Shown piece by piece: positions 37,773-51,300 of a stretch of DNA of 64,000 bases. Both the position numbers and the translations under genes were made by a program. This stretch comes from Selaginella moellendorffii (lineage: Eukaryota > Plantae > Lycopodiophyta). The notes below the pieces were generated by a model. That model had not been told where the DNA came from and searched no databases. It saw only the letters and a list, made by a program, of their open reading frames with translations. The stretch covers positions 1,065,788 through 1,129,787 of the forward strand of contig NW_003314274.1 of assembly GCF_000143415.4 (NCBI RefSeq), written 5' to 3'. Numbering within the stretch: the first letter of the stretch is position 1; every line of letters begins with the position of its first letter.

Positions 37773-38607
37773 GGCAAGGACTAATGAGTCACAAGGTATT
37801 TAAGTGGGGCACCACTCCCCATGAGCTATGAGCACCACAATTAATTTCTCTTTCAGAAGCAGGAGTTGCTCTTGAGCACTTCCTTGGGCCCTTTTGGCAC
37901 CACCCAAGTCTATACTTACTCCCACCCAAGGCCCCTAAGCTCCAATTTCAACCTTAAGTTAATTTGGAAGCACTATTAGAAAGTTTCTTCAAGATTGATT
38001 CTTGGACCTCATTATCGCTACTATACTTTTGGAAACCCTTGCAACCCCCCCTTGGGAGACACACACTTTGGGCTTTCACCCCATGACCTATATTAATATT
38101 TCAATTTCGGACTCAACCTTGGACTCAATCTTGGACTTGATCTCGGATCTGATCTTGGATCTCAAACTCGGTTTTGAATTCGATTTCGAACTTGGTCTTG
38201 AAGTCGGTGTTAGACTCGATCTCGGACTTGGTCTAAAACTAAATTTTAAAGCTGATCTCAGACTTGATCTCATCCGATGAATTCTTTGTCATTTCAGTCA
38301 TGTTTTCAAGGATCTTTTAGCTTACGACACTTCAGAGAATTGATTCCTTACAAGTAGAAGGTAAGGAAAAAGGATCAAATGACAATTTGAAGGATATACA
38401 CTTACTTTACAAAATCTCTAACTTGTCTTCAAAGTTATCTCTAAGCTCTTTATTACAATTTAGAATCCATGCAAACTTGATCTTTGAATATTCTTCAAAA
38501 ACTAAACTATATCATCTATAAACTCTCCAATCAATGGCACAGTCACACTTCACATTAGTTAAATATGGCAAGACATCAAAAATAGAAGACACTATATAAT
38601 TATGTTC

Positions 38608-38942
38608 TACCACCACCAATAAATAACACAGCACTAAAGGTGTCCAAACTTGATGTGGTGGGAATGCCAATCCCAATTCCACTCCCAAATCTGCTACTCC
38701 TCACTCCATCACTACTACCATCACCACCACCTCCAGCTTCCCTAGTGATGGAAGCCTCCAAAGCAGATGTGGTAGGAGTTCTTATTCCAGATTTACCTCT
38801 CACTCCACTGCTGTCACCATCATTATCAATGCCACCTCCATCTCCCACACATATAGAAACGTTTGCAGTGGGAGTTCCTATCCCAAATCTTCCCACTCCA
38901 CCACCACCACCGTCACCTTTAGCCCCTCCACCTTCGACTTAA
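38608..38942 (+). pseudogene. Second copy of the Pro-rich tail of the MiAMP1 fusion (no MiAMP1 domain); marks the duplication junction
   Basis: Near-identical to 21150-21482, with TCA where copy 1 has the TAA stop. Confidence 0.85.
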
Positions 38943-39220
38943 ATGACCTTCACCATCACCACCCCAGCTCAAAATGTTGCATTTTCTTTTGTTATGCTGA
39001 CTGTGTCCAAAATCAAAGTATTTGACTTCTGTTGACGTGTCTTTCAGAGTTTCCTATTCCTAGAGAGTTTCTCACGCGAGTTTTAGATTCTTTGGCATCC
39101 AAAATGGTAGGCTTACTTGGTATTCTATGGCTAGTTATCTAAGTAGTGGATGATTCTCCAAGCATAAAAAGGCCCTCCCATTGAGCGACGCTCAAAAGCT
39201 TCATTTAGTTTCAAACGGAA

Positions 39221-39444
39221 ATGGCTATTTCCACAGCTCAAGTCGTGTCTATCACCTACTTGCATTCTTTGTTTTATCAGTTGTTTCATCGGATCCAGAC
39301 AGTGCTTCAAAACATGCCGTGCACCACAGCATGTTGGCGTGGTGACATGAACATGGCCCCCAGCCGTGTTAACACAGGCCATGTTCATTGACTCGGTCAA
39401 TGCTCCAAAACACGGCTCCAAACACGGTTGAAACACGGTCTTGA
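39221..39444 (+). pseudogene. Germin-like copy A2: signal peptide and last codons only; the body is replaced by a 139-bp foreign insert (39300-39438)
   Basis: Matches A1 up to GATCCAGA and again from TCTTGAGTTTTT. Confidence 0.82.
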
Positions 39445-39834
39445 GTTTTTAATAAGATCAACAAATTTTCCATCAAATGTAATAGTTACCTATATTTATC
39501 TATTTAAAAAACGACCCTTGATTGAAATACTCGCAAAATGCCATATGTAAACATCAAACTAGCAAAACATCCTTTCTAATTTCAGGAAGCAAATCCAGTG
39601 GAGAACATTAGTCAATGTTGACTATCTTCGTTGATTTTACCTTGAAGGCTCCCTTGAAATTTCGCAGACTAGATGTTGATCCAAATTCCTTGTTCCAACA
39701 TGGTGGCTCACTCCGAATCATAGCTCAACGTCTGAATTACAGTTCTCAGTATAAATATGGTTCTCCTCCACATATCTAGCATTACATTTCAGCAATACAT
39801 CTACTTAGTCGCAAAAACACTCAAGTTTTTCTCT

Positions 39835-40488
39835 ATGGCTCTCTTCAATTCCCAAGCTCTTTTGTTAGCTTTGCTTGCATTCTTTGTTTTCTCAGTAGTT
39901 TCATCGGACCCAGATCCACTCCAAGACTTTTGTATTGGAGATCCCAGCGTTGTCCCGGGCATCAATGGATTCCCATGCAAGAACCCATCAACAGTCACAG
40001 TAGATGATTTCATCTACAGCGGAATCGTCAACTCCTCTAACACCACAAACATCAATCGCTCCGGTGCCATCTTTGGAACAGCACTGAGGTTTCCTGGTCT
40101 CAACACTTTGGGTCTCTCCATCGCCAGGCTCGACTTCCTTCCCGGAGGAATCATTCCCCCACACACCCATCCCAGAGGCTCGGAGATGGTCTACGTATAA
40201 GAAGGGAGCGTCTACGCCGCCATTGTCACCGCGGACAATCGTTTGTTTGCACGAGTGATGAACAGAGGCGAAGTTATGGTGATTCCCCGAGGATTGATCC
40301 ACTGGCAGATGAACGTTGGAAGAACAAATGCGAAGATCATTGCCACTCTCAACTCCCAATTTCCTGGAATTCAATTTATTGGATCTTCCTTTTTTGGGTC
40401 TCGACCCCAAATCCCAAATGAGGTGCTCGAGAAGACTTTCTTCTTGGACGAGAACACAGTCAATCATGTCCGATCCAACTTTATGTAA
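39835..40488 (+). pseudogene. Germin-like copy B2 with a single nonsense mutation (GAA>TAA at 40198-40200)
   Basis: Full-length germin frame interrupted by one stop at VYV*E, where paralogs read VYVEE. Confidence 0.88.
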
Positions 40489-41113
40489 AATTTGTTATGT
40501 ATTCATTTTTTTTTATAAAAGAAAAAATTTCAAGTCTTGAAATCGTAAGAGCAGGTTGCCCAGCATTTGCTGGCCAATTTCTTGCCAAGACAAAAACTAT
40601 GAATTTCCTTTCAGAGAAGATCACAGGCAACAAATTTCAGATCGTATAATTTCTGTTGGAAGCCTCATTCTCTTCGCATATGAGGCTATGAGCCGTACTT
40701 CGAGTGATTGTATATCCACAAAGATCAATCATAAACTTTGGAGTAGGCAAAGATCATTGTCGAGCTACTTTCACATGATCATGGGTTTAAATCATAGACT
40801 TTTCTTTGTATTAAGACTTTCAGCTCATTAAACTCCTCGATTCAAAACAAAATCAAACACTTTAGCGTCATTACTTCACTTTCACCAAGTTTGACTGCAG
40901 GCTTTTAGCACAACCAAGTTATTGATTAAAATTCTTTTGTCCAACATGGTTGGCTGACTCGGCGTCCAAAATCGTGTTTCACGTTAGCCATCCACGAAAA
41001 AAAATCAGCAAAGTTTCCAGTTATAAAAGCTGGAGTGCTTGGACAGCCAGAGCATTCAGCTTTTATTCAGCCAAGCACACGCATTTCACGTGTGTTTGGA
41101 TGAATGGATGAAA

Positions 41114-41224
41114 TTCAGTTTATTCCAGCGTCCATGTTCGGTTCCGGTCCCGGCTGAGGTGCTCAAGAAGACCTTTATTTTGGATGAGAGGACCATCGAG
41201 CAAGTGCGATCCAAGTTCATTTGA
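41114..41224 (+). pseudogene. Germin-like copy C2: promoter and last ~35 codons only
   Basis: Upstream region matches 23850-24086 and the 3' end matches 24672-24789. The coding body is deleted. Confidence 0.85.
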
Positions 41225-41335
41225 ATTTATTTAATATCTTCAAACTTAAAATGAAATTTAATTATTGAGCTTCCAGACCGTAAATCGTTGAGCAGAACTT
41301 GGTTGATTCGTCACAGAAGAAGCTTTTGGGTGGAT

Positions 41336-42187
41336 TCATTTCCGGAAGTAGAGGGATGTGAGCAGGGTGCTCTGCTCGACATTGGACATGCGAGCATACA
41401 GGACCTGCTCGTTGACTTGGAGAAGATTAATGAGGTGAATGCACACCATGATTCCATCTCCAACAAGCTCGGAGCTTGTGTCGCCGAACTCGATCTGAAG
41501 CAGGATGTTATGTGCACCAATGTCGTTACTCACGTTGTCCGGATCTCGCCATGTCCCCGAGACGCCCACCTCGGTCACCGCCTTAAAAGCAAAACGCAGA
41601 TCAAGTCGAGCTTAAAACATTCATAGACTAACCTGGAAGAAGTTGAAAGCGTATGCTTTCTTCTGTGGAACTGTGAGAGAAAGAAGCTCTCTTTGATCTC
41701 TGTCAAGGTTCACGCTGCTCTCTGCGTCTCCAAACAGCAGAGCCCACACCATATCCTTTGCATTTTCGAGCAGCATCTTCCCGGATTCCGTTCTGTGTTC
41801 ATCTGAGATAGCGGCAAGGCCTTGGCCTGGCGCATCTTTGGTAAGATACCCTTGCTTTACCAAAATATTCCTCTGGCACTTCGGCCATTTTTCCTTGACC
41901 CATCCCATCAGCACTTCCTCACTGATGCCCCCGCTCTGCTTGAGCCGCGAGATTATGTCCGACTGTGCATCTCCCACGATCTTAGAGACCTTCTCATTCG
42001 ATGCCTTACTGATTTGGCTATCCCTGTGCTTCAAAATGCTGATCCTGTCGCTTGCATTTTTGACACCGATGCTTTTGAGCAGATCATGGTTGAAGTCCGG
42101 GATGTGCTCCCCATTTAGCTCATTCTCATGGAACAGAATGGCATGTTTCTCCATGCTACATGGAGTTAACCAGCTCTTCCAATCCAT
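41336..42187 (-). CDS. SAM-domain protein fused to an uncharacterised C-terminal domain (2 exons, ~266 aa)
   Basis: N-terminus WLTPCSMEKHAILFHENELNGEHIPDFNHDLLKSIGVKNASDRISILK fits the SAM consensus. GT-AG intron at 41582-41632 joins exons 42187-41633 and 41581-41336 in frame. Confidence 0.78.
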
Positions 42188-42579
42188 CTTGCGACTTTGT
42201 GACTCTCCTAATGAGCAATCCGTAAGTGCAGTAATGCTTTAAAAAGATAGAACTGACTTAAGCTGTGGGCCAAAGTTACTTGCACTATATTGAATTATTA
42301 TAATTTAAATAAAATTTATTGTTTTCTACTTGTGAGTGCTCAGAATATGGAAATAAATATATAAAAACAAATAGATTAAATTCAATACTAAAATGCTATG
42401 ATGCTAACTTGTGATTGTTACATTGAATTATCATATTTTATATAAAAATTATTACTTTCCACTTATGAGTGCTTGGGACATGGGAATAAGTATATAAAAA
42501 TGGATGGACCAAATTCAGTTTTAAATGGATGGTCCATGTGCTATAATGCTATAATTAATGTATTACCTAAGTAGGCTAA

Positions 42580-43045
<466 letters not shown>

Positions 43046-46000
43046 TATAAGGGCCAAGTGTACGGCTACGATGCCGTATACTAATATTAGCGTAGTGGGA
43101 TTTTGGTAGCTGTCGGATTGGTTTCAATCCGGACCACTAGCTCCTGTATATAAGTTAGGGTTTTTGGGCTAATTGATATGCACATTTCTATATTCCTTTT
43201 CCATATTCCAAGCCCTCACATTGGTGGAGGTGAGGGGCACTTTTGATTGTCCCTGAGGAGTGCTTGAATTTGGGATTTTGGTTTAGATCTAGCTTTTGCA
43301 TTGTCTAGATCTAGCTTTTTCCATTTCCTTTCTTTTGTTCTTCCTTTTCAGGATTTTGGTTTAGATCTGGCTTTTTGCATTGTCTAGATCTCCCATTTCC
43401 TTCTCGTTTTTTGTCGTTTCTCTTCTTTTGCTCTTTCTTCGTCCGTCTTCATGGCAGATCAGCAATTTCCTCCTTTGACTCTAGAGCAGCAGTTGGTCCA
43501 ATTGCTTGATGCTATGCGCTTGCAATTGAACAACTAAACTCAATTGATGGCGGCATTCACGGCACGTGGTCCAACTCCTCTTGCTCTTGGTGCCAATCCT
43601 CGCGTTCGGCCAGAGTTCTTTCGTGGGAATCCTGAGGATGATGTGTACCATTGGTTCAATCACTTCACGGTGATCACCACATATCATTTTTGGGATGATG
43701 CTCGACGTTTACGTGAGTTTCCCACGTGTCTCCAAGGGACGACATTGCAGTGGTACAATGGATTGAGTGCGGCCACTCGTGAGGATTGGAGTGTTCTTTC
43801 GGACGTCTTCAAACGCGCCTTCAGACATGCCGACGATTGTGACGATGCCTTCCAACATTTGCATCGTCTTCGCCAAGGGCCATCTGAGTCGGTGATGCAA
43901 TTTGGCGTTTGTTTCCGAAGTCTTTTGCTTCGTGCGAAGCCTAATATGTCGGAGCAGATAAAGCTAGGAATGTTATGGCCAGCACTTCGTCAAGATCTTG
44001 TCGGCCTTGTGCATGCACTTGCTCCTGCCACCCTTGATGATGCTCTTCGCTTGGCACAACGTTATGAGACGTCGCCTCTTCCACTTCTCGTTGCACGTCC
44101 TTCCCCTCCACTTCCTATGAGTGATGGTCTTATTCCAATGGAGGTTGATGCTACTGCTACTTGAGTCCAAGGACAAAGGCGAGGACGTGGTCGTGGCCGT
44201 GATGTTCGTTGCTGGGCGTGTGATGAAGTTGGTCATACTTATCGGCGTTGTTGGCGCTTTCCGGATTGGTGACCTCCATTTCCTAGGTGGAGACCTTGGC
44301 TTCAACAACGTCCCATTGGTGTTGCTGTAGTGGAAGGTTTGGACACCGAGATGCATCCGGGAAATGAGGAGTCGTGCGAGTAACAGAGGGACCTTGCGTG
44401 AATAAGTCAATGACCCCTCCATCTTTCTTTCGGGAGTATCATCAAGGGGTTCACTCGGCACCAGTTCATCCAGTGTTTACTTTCCAAGCTCATCTTTATA
44501 ACAAGAGGTCTTCTATTATTCTCTCCATGTTGGTTGATATAGGTTCGAGTTTATCTTCTATTGCTCGACCTGTTGCCACACGTTGTCGTCTACACTTGCG
44601 TTGTGCGGCGAAACCAATTTTCATTCTTTATGGCAACGGCCGTACACATGCATGTGCATGGGATGAGGCAGACCTGGTTGTGCGTGTGGGCGATTTTGAG
44701 TTTGAGTTGCAGTCGTTGCGGGTGGTGCCGAGTCAAGCTTTGACCTCANNNNNNNNNNNNNNNNNNNNNNNNNNNNNNNNNNNNNNNNNNNNNNNNNNNN
44801 NNNNNNNNNNNNNNNNNNNNNNNNNNNNNNNNNNNNNNNNNNNNNNNNNNNNNNNNNNNNNNNNNNNNNNNNNNNNNNNNNNNNNNNNNNNNNNNNNNNN
44901 NNNNNNNNNNNNNNNNNNNNNNNNNNNNNNNNNNNNNNNNNNNNNNNNNNNNNNNNNNNNNNNNNNNNNNNNNNNNNNNCAGTTGACCGGCTCATGACAG
45001 AGTATTCTGATCTCTTTGACTATGACCTATCGTCTAGAGCCAAGATTGCTACATGTCATCCGATTCCAACTGGAGATGCTTGTCAATTCAAAGTTCATGT
45101 TCATCGTCGGTCACCAAAGGAGATCAAGATTTTACGTGCAAATGTCAAGGAGATGTTAGAGAAGGGTGTTATTCAGAAGTCGTGAAGTCCTTGGGCATGT
45201 GAACCTCATCTTGTGACGAAGCCTGATGGGAATATTCGTTTCTGCATTGACTATCGTCCGTTAAACAACATAACGATCCCGGATGTGTACCCTCTTCCTC
45301 ACACTGTTGATCTCTTAGATCATCTGGGGTGAAGTCGTTGGTTCACCAAGCTAGATCTTGCTTCTGGGTACTGGCAAGTACCGATGGCCGAAGAAGATAT
45401 TCCTAAGACTACTTTTCGTACACCATTTGGTTTGTATGAGTTCTTGGTGATGCCATTTGGTTTGAACAATGCTCCAGCAACTTTTCAATGGATGATGGAC
45501 AAAGTTCTTTGCAATATGCCGGAGGTGACTGCTAACTTCATTGATGATGTCTTGATCCACTCGGAGGGGATGTGGGAGGAGCATGTTCGTGATGTTTGTA
45601 AAGTGTTGAATCGGTTATGCGATGTTGGTTTAAAGCTGAAGCGGTCGAAGTGCGTGTTTAGATCCAAGGACACAACTTATCTTGGGTACCGTATTTCTTG
45701 TGATGGTTTGCAAGTTGATCCTGACAAACTTATGGCTGTTCTAAATTTCCCTACTCCAAAGTGTGTGAATGATGTGCAGCACTTCTTGGGCAAGGTGCAG
45801 TATCTCGGGCATTTTGTGGATCATCTTTCTGATCACACCGCACCATTGCGAGCGTTGCTGAAGTCATCAACATCATCTTTCATCTGGTCTCCGGATTGTG
45901 AGGGGGCGTTCGGGGATCTCAAAAAGTTATTGACAACTCCTCCAGTTTTGGCATATCCTGACTACACTCGACTTTTTATTTTGCGCATGGATGCTTCTGA

Positions 46001-48040
46001 CATTGGTCTTGGAGGTGTGTTAATGCAAGAGAGCTCGAGTGTGCCTAGTCAGCGCCATCCCATTGCATATATAAGCCATACATTACAACCAGCGGAGATG
46101 AACTACTCCACGACAGAGAAGGAGTGTTTAGCAGCAGTTTGGGGTTTCGAGAAACTTCATGCATATCTACATGGTTCTCGGACGTTACTTGAAGGTGACC
46201 ATGCTGCTGTTACTTCATTATTAAAGCAGAAGAACCTGGTTGGTCGTACTGCTCGGTGGGTTTTGAAGCTTTAGATATATGATTTTGATGTTGTTCACCT
46301 CCTAGGGAGTTCTATGGCTGATGTTGATGCCCTTTCTCGAGCTCCTCTTCCTTCTCCATTCTCTTCTCATGTTTCTAACGAGCTTGTCGTTCTAGCATCT
46401 GTGGATTTTCTAGATGAGGATTCTGTGCCGTCGGCAGTTGCTGTACTTGACGTTCAGTGTCCACAAGGTACAGAGCAAGATCTACCTTCGCTTGATGAGG
46501 TTCACGAGGCTCAAAAGATTGAGCCACAGATTTGGAGGCTTCGAGATGGGTTTGAGAATCCTGCATCACTTGCTGATGACTTGCCTTTCCGGTATTTACA
46601 TTCTCAATATCGTCTTGAATGTGGCCTTCTTTATTTTGTGGGGACAGATCCTGATAATCATTTACGGCTGGTGGTGCCTTCTATCTTTATTCCGCGGTTT
46701 CTCCATGCCTACCATGATTCTCCTGTTCTAGGTGGGCATATGGGACATCGTTATGTAATCAAGAAGCTACGTAGGTCTTTCTATTGGCCGGAGATGCGAT
46801 GTGATATTATCCGGTATGTGCGTAGCTGCGTTTGGTGCCAAGCTCATAATACTCCCCTTCGGGCTACGGAAGGACGGTTGGAGTCAATTGCAGTTTCCCG
46901 TCCGTTTGAGTTGGTGGCGTTTGATCTTATGGGACTGTTTCCACGGTCAACTATTGGCAATGAGTATGTTATTATTGCTTCTGATTATTTGACTCGTTGG
47001 GTGGAAGTTGGTGCTCTTGCTAGCACCTCTACAATTGCTGTTGGATACTTCCTCCTTAATCGAGTGGTGTTCCAGCATTCTTGTCCAGAGCGGATTTTTT
47101 CGGATAATGGTCCCACATTTATGGCTGAGGCACTTCATGTTTTGACATCTCGGCTAGGGATACGCCACACTTTCACTAGTGCTATCATCCATAATCAGAC
47201 AGTCTGGTGGAATGGCTCGTTCGGACATTCAAGGGGATGATTGCGAAGTATGTGAACTTTCAGCATTTGGATTGGGATGGTTATTTGCCATCTCTTCGGT
47301 ATGCATATGTCACTGGGGTGTAGAGTTCTATTGGTGCTTCACCATATAAACTCCTATATGGTCATGATCCAATATTACCAACGGAGCTGGGTTTACCTTC
47401 GCGATTGCCACGAGCTGCGGATGCTAAGTCATGGGATCAATATTTGACAAGCATTCTTCCACTTGTCCGAGCAGAGTCTGCCGAACACTTAGGCCGCGTA
47501 TAAGTGGGACAACAATGGCGCTACAACTCCCATCATCGTCCACCGGCGGAGTACAAAATGGATGATTTGGTGTTAGTCTGTTTTCCCCATCTTACGGTAC
47601 GTGGTTTATCTAAGGGGCTCCTTGCACAGTGGAAAGGACCGTATCGAGTGTTGTGGCAAGTTGGACCACAAGTTTATGAGGTTCGGCATGATATCCAGCA
47701 GGCCGATCCTCCAGAGATTGTGCATGTACAGCGGTTGAAACGCTTCATACAAAGGGATCAGGAGCAGTTAATACCATCTACAAATCCGCCGATGCTTCCT
47801 CCTCCTCCAGATCCCGGCCCGTCTACAAGAGAACCCTGATGGTCTTCCATTATTCTGAGAGGAGGGGATGATGTGAGGGCCAAGTGTATGGCTACGATGC
47901 CGTATACTAATATTAGCATAGTGGGATTTTGGTAGCCGTTAGATTGGTTTCAATCCGGACCACTCGCTCGTATATATAAGCTAGGGTTTTTAGGCTAATT
48001 GATATGCATATTTCTGTATTCCCTTTCCATATTCCAAGCA

Positions 48041-48046
<6 letters not shown>
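43046..48046 (+). mobile_element. Ty3/Gypsy LTR retrotransposon (R4), defective, inserted in a (TA)n tract
   Basis: 175-bp LTRs at 43046-43220 and 47872-48046. PBS TGGTGGAGGTGAGGGG (tRNA-Ala-like), PPT GAGAGGAGGGGATGA. Contains gag (LRQGPSESV), protease LVDIGSS, RT FIDD, RNase H MDASDIGLGGVL and integrase HDSPVLGGH..C..C / SDNG, with GPY motif and no chromodomain. Assembly gap at 44749-44979. Confidence 0.93.
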
Positions 48047-48114
<68 letters not shown>

Positions 48115-48120
48115 CATAGA
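48047..48120. repeat. (TA)n microsatellite, right flank of R4
   Basis: Perfect TA run. Confidence 0.95.
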
Positions 48121-48122
48121 TA

Positions 48123-49750
48123 TAAAAGATGAAAAAGTGATGATTATAAGTTAGGTGGAACATTTAAAGATCCTACTAAGCAATTATAAATTGCTATAAG
48201 AACTTAAACTCCCACATAATCACCAATATAGTTACTAACAATTATGATAGAAATAAAATCTAAAGTTATAGTATAAATATCAATTGACTATAAACTCTTG
48301 ATGACCCAATTAGAATTACATATGTAACTACTAAATGCTTAAACCAAATCTGAACCAAAGTAAAGGACTTTTAGAGCTGTTAAAGTCTACAAAACACCAC
48401 TGTAACAAATAATTTACCCACTAACCATCTATTAAGACCATTGTTAATTCAAACTCATGACCATTAACAAAATTTATCTATATATCTTCCATTTGGTTAA
48501 GATTTGAGCTTTGTGTTAATTTGAAATTCTAACTTTTGTTCTCATCTAGCACAATACATGGGCACTTCATTCATCTTACATATCAATTCTGTCCCCTTCT
48601 TGAAGGAAAAAAGTTTTGAAACACATTACAATTATCCTCATTTTGCTATTTATATTTAGCCTCACTTTACTATTGTATTCATTTAACCTTATTAAGTTGA
48701 GGTTAAATGTTTTATTTAAACTCATTATGTTCAACCTTACTTTACAATCTATGTTATTTATTCTCATTCCACTACCATATCCACTCATCTTTACTTTATT
48801 GTTAGGGCTAAATTTCTATCCATCCATCCCCTTTATGCCCTCTTTCGAAAAAAGTTTAAGAGTAAAAAAAAAAAGTGGATAAAGAAAAAAAAAGAAAAAG
48901 TGAATAAAGAAGGATTAAAAAAGGAATTTTCAATAACTGTAAAAATGGATATAGAGAAGTAAAAAGAAGATATATATTTAAAGCTTAGATAATAATGGAT
49001 ATGTTATTATAAAATACTCTAGCTACCATAAGATAAATAAGACATTCACAACACTCAACTTTCTCAACATATAACTTAACACTTCATACAAGAAAATATA
49101 TAGAAAAATTCATACTTTCAAAAGAACATAAACTCCACAACAACAATAGTAAAATAAAGTCTTTTAACAGCATTTACAATAAAAAATGCCCACTTAACCC
49201 AAAACTTTAGCAGAAATGATTTAACCCTTAGAACAAAGGATATTCAATATCAAAATTAATCAAATACTCCACAACAAAATAAAAATAAAATTCTCAACTT
49301 CACATATGTTCAATATCTGAATTATTATGAGGAGGATAAAAACACTCAACTCAAATACTGAATTGAGAATGAGAATTATAAAAGTTACAATAATCAATGT
49401 GTTAGAAGAAGGAAATGTTGTAGATAAAGAAGAATACAAAGAATATAAGAAGGTGGGGAAATAACAAAAAGTTTGGAAAAAGCAAAGGTAAAAAGAAAAG
49501 ATCAAATGATAATTTAAAAGATTGACATATATTTTGCAAAATATTTAACTTATCTTCAAATATATCTCTATAATAATCAATCTCCTTGTCACAATTCAAA
49601 ATTCACTCAATTTTTTACACATTATTTTCTCATAAACTCAACCTTTTGAACATTCTCCAAAAACTAAATTGCATCATTTATAACTCTCCAATTAATAGTA
49701 AAGTCATATTTCGACATGGCAAGACAATAAAAATAGAACACACTATATAA
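48123..49750. repeat. AT-rich degenerate repeat, uninterrupted copy
   Basis: Colinear with 25100-26485 plus 38353-38600. Confidence 0.75.
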
Positions 49751-51300
49751 CCATATTTTATGGTAATCATGCCTCACCAAAATCTTAATCTAACAAAGCA
49801 GCATTAATAGCCTCAAATGATAAACTCCTTAATTAATGACAGTGTCACATGACAAAAGAGGAGAATGCAATGGAGATTGAGAATGAAAAATAAATTTATA
49901 GCTATAGTTTTTCTATAATATATTAGTATTATATTTATAATTAAAGATTTTATCAATTGAATAACATTGCTAATATGTAATAAATTATTATAATATTTAT
50001 ATTTTAATATTAATTTTTTATTTACTATAAAAAACTTGTCATTAAGAGAAGAGAAAATGACAAGATTACTAATAAAAACTTTTATCTAATTTGAGTATGG
50101 ATATATGTTATTGTATAATAAGTTTTAAGTTTAAATATCATGAGTAGAAGCTTAGGATTCGATTCCTACCATGGCTAATAGTGGCTCCTCAATAAAAACA
50201 GAGGCATAGTAAATACATAATATCATGCTTCTTTATGATGCTAAGCATAGAGAATGAACTTAAGTATTAATAAGAAGACTAAGTTGGCTAGAACTATTAA
50301 CAACATCGCAATGAGTAATATAAATAGCAACAAAATCAATTATAAGACTAGGTGCTAGAGGAAATAAATATAACTAATGAGAATTAAGATCATAATTGAA
50401 AAATGGAAAGTGATATGTTAGAAATTATTATAAGCAAACTCAGTAAATGAAGGAGATCAAATCAATCACCTTATTGATAGAAATTAAAACATAAAAAATA
50501 TTACTTAAAATTTTTAGAAATACACTCTGATTAGATGGTGAAAAGTCGATAATTTACTTAGGAGGAAAGAAATAAACATTAAAAAAAGTTGGAAGTAAAT
50601 TTATAATCAACTTGTCTTGGTTAAAAATTATTTTGTTGATAAATTAAAATCAAACAGAATTCCTAAAGAGAGTGTACATTCAGATGGACTATTAACTTTG
50701 AGATCAGACCAAAGTTGTTTCTTTTCTAATGCTGGGGTGTAATTTTATAAAAGATTCACTTCATTTAGGCTTGCAACCCACTATTATTATTTTTAATTTT
50801 TTCCTAGAATATGTAAATATATTCAGGCCAAGTCATGTCTGATGTGAAACAATTCTACAGTTATTAGAATACTCAATTGGATTTTAATCTATTCTCTTGC
50901 TCCAGGTTAAATGTAAGCACTTATAAGGGAATTGGCTTGTCCGAGTCATGTTTTCTTTTATTCAGCGTGATTCATAGAGTTAATCACTGAAGTCTATTTG
51001 AGAATGACTGAGATTTGTGTTTTAGATCACTGTGTATTAAATTAAAATCATAAGACCAGAAACACAGAATATTCTCAAAGCAGCTGACTTCGTCCAGCAA
51101 GCTCTACAATTTTCAAAACTCGCTGTTCCAATATAGTTGGCTCACTCGGTTGTCAAATTCTTACAATCCCAGCAACATCCAAGAAACGTACACATTGATA
51201 ATCGTGTAAATTCTCAGTATATATATCTTCTCTTATCCCCAGCAAAATCATTCATTCATCCATCCTTTTCGAGATCCAAAAGTTTTTGATCAGTGAAAAG

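Larger units (their letters stand above)
26486..38352 (-). mobile_element. Old Ty3/Gypsy LTR retrotransposon (R1), degenerate, hosting three nested insertions
   Basis: LTR similarity begins TGTAA at 26486 and 32101. tRNA-iMet-type PBS TGGTATTAGAGC on - at ~32085-32097. Contains gag with decayed CCHC (CFNNGEAGHFLREC, ~30935-30975), protease ILIDMGA (~30690) and RT YIDD (~28515). Outer end TTACA at 38352; TSD AGTAA/AGTAG (4/5). Integrase and part of the 3' LTR are deleted near 28030. Confidence 0.85.

Noticed and set aside
38100-38280. Short 6/12-bp periodic repeats with ORFs on both strands
   Set aside because: Tandem sub-repeats within the R1 LTR; no coding evidence.
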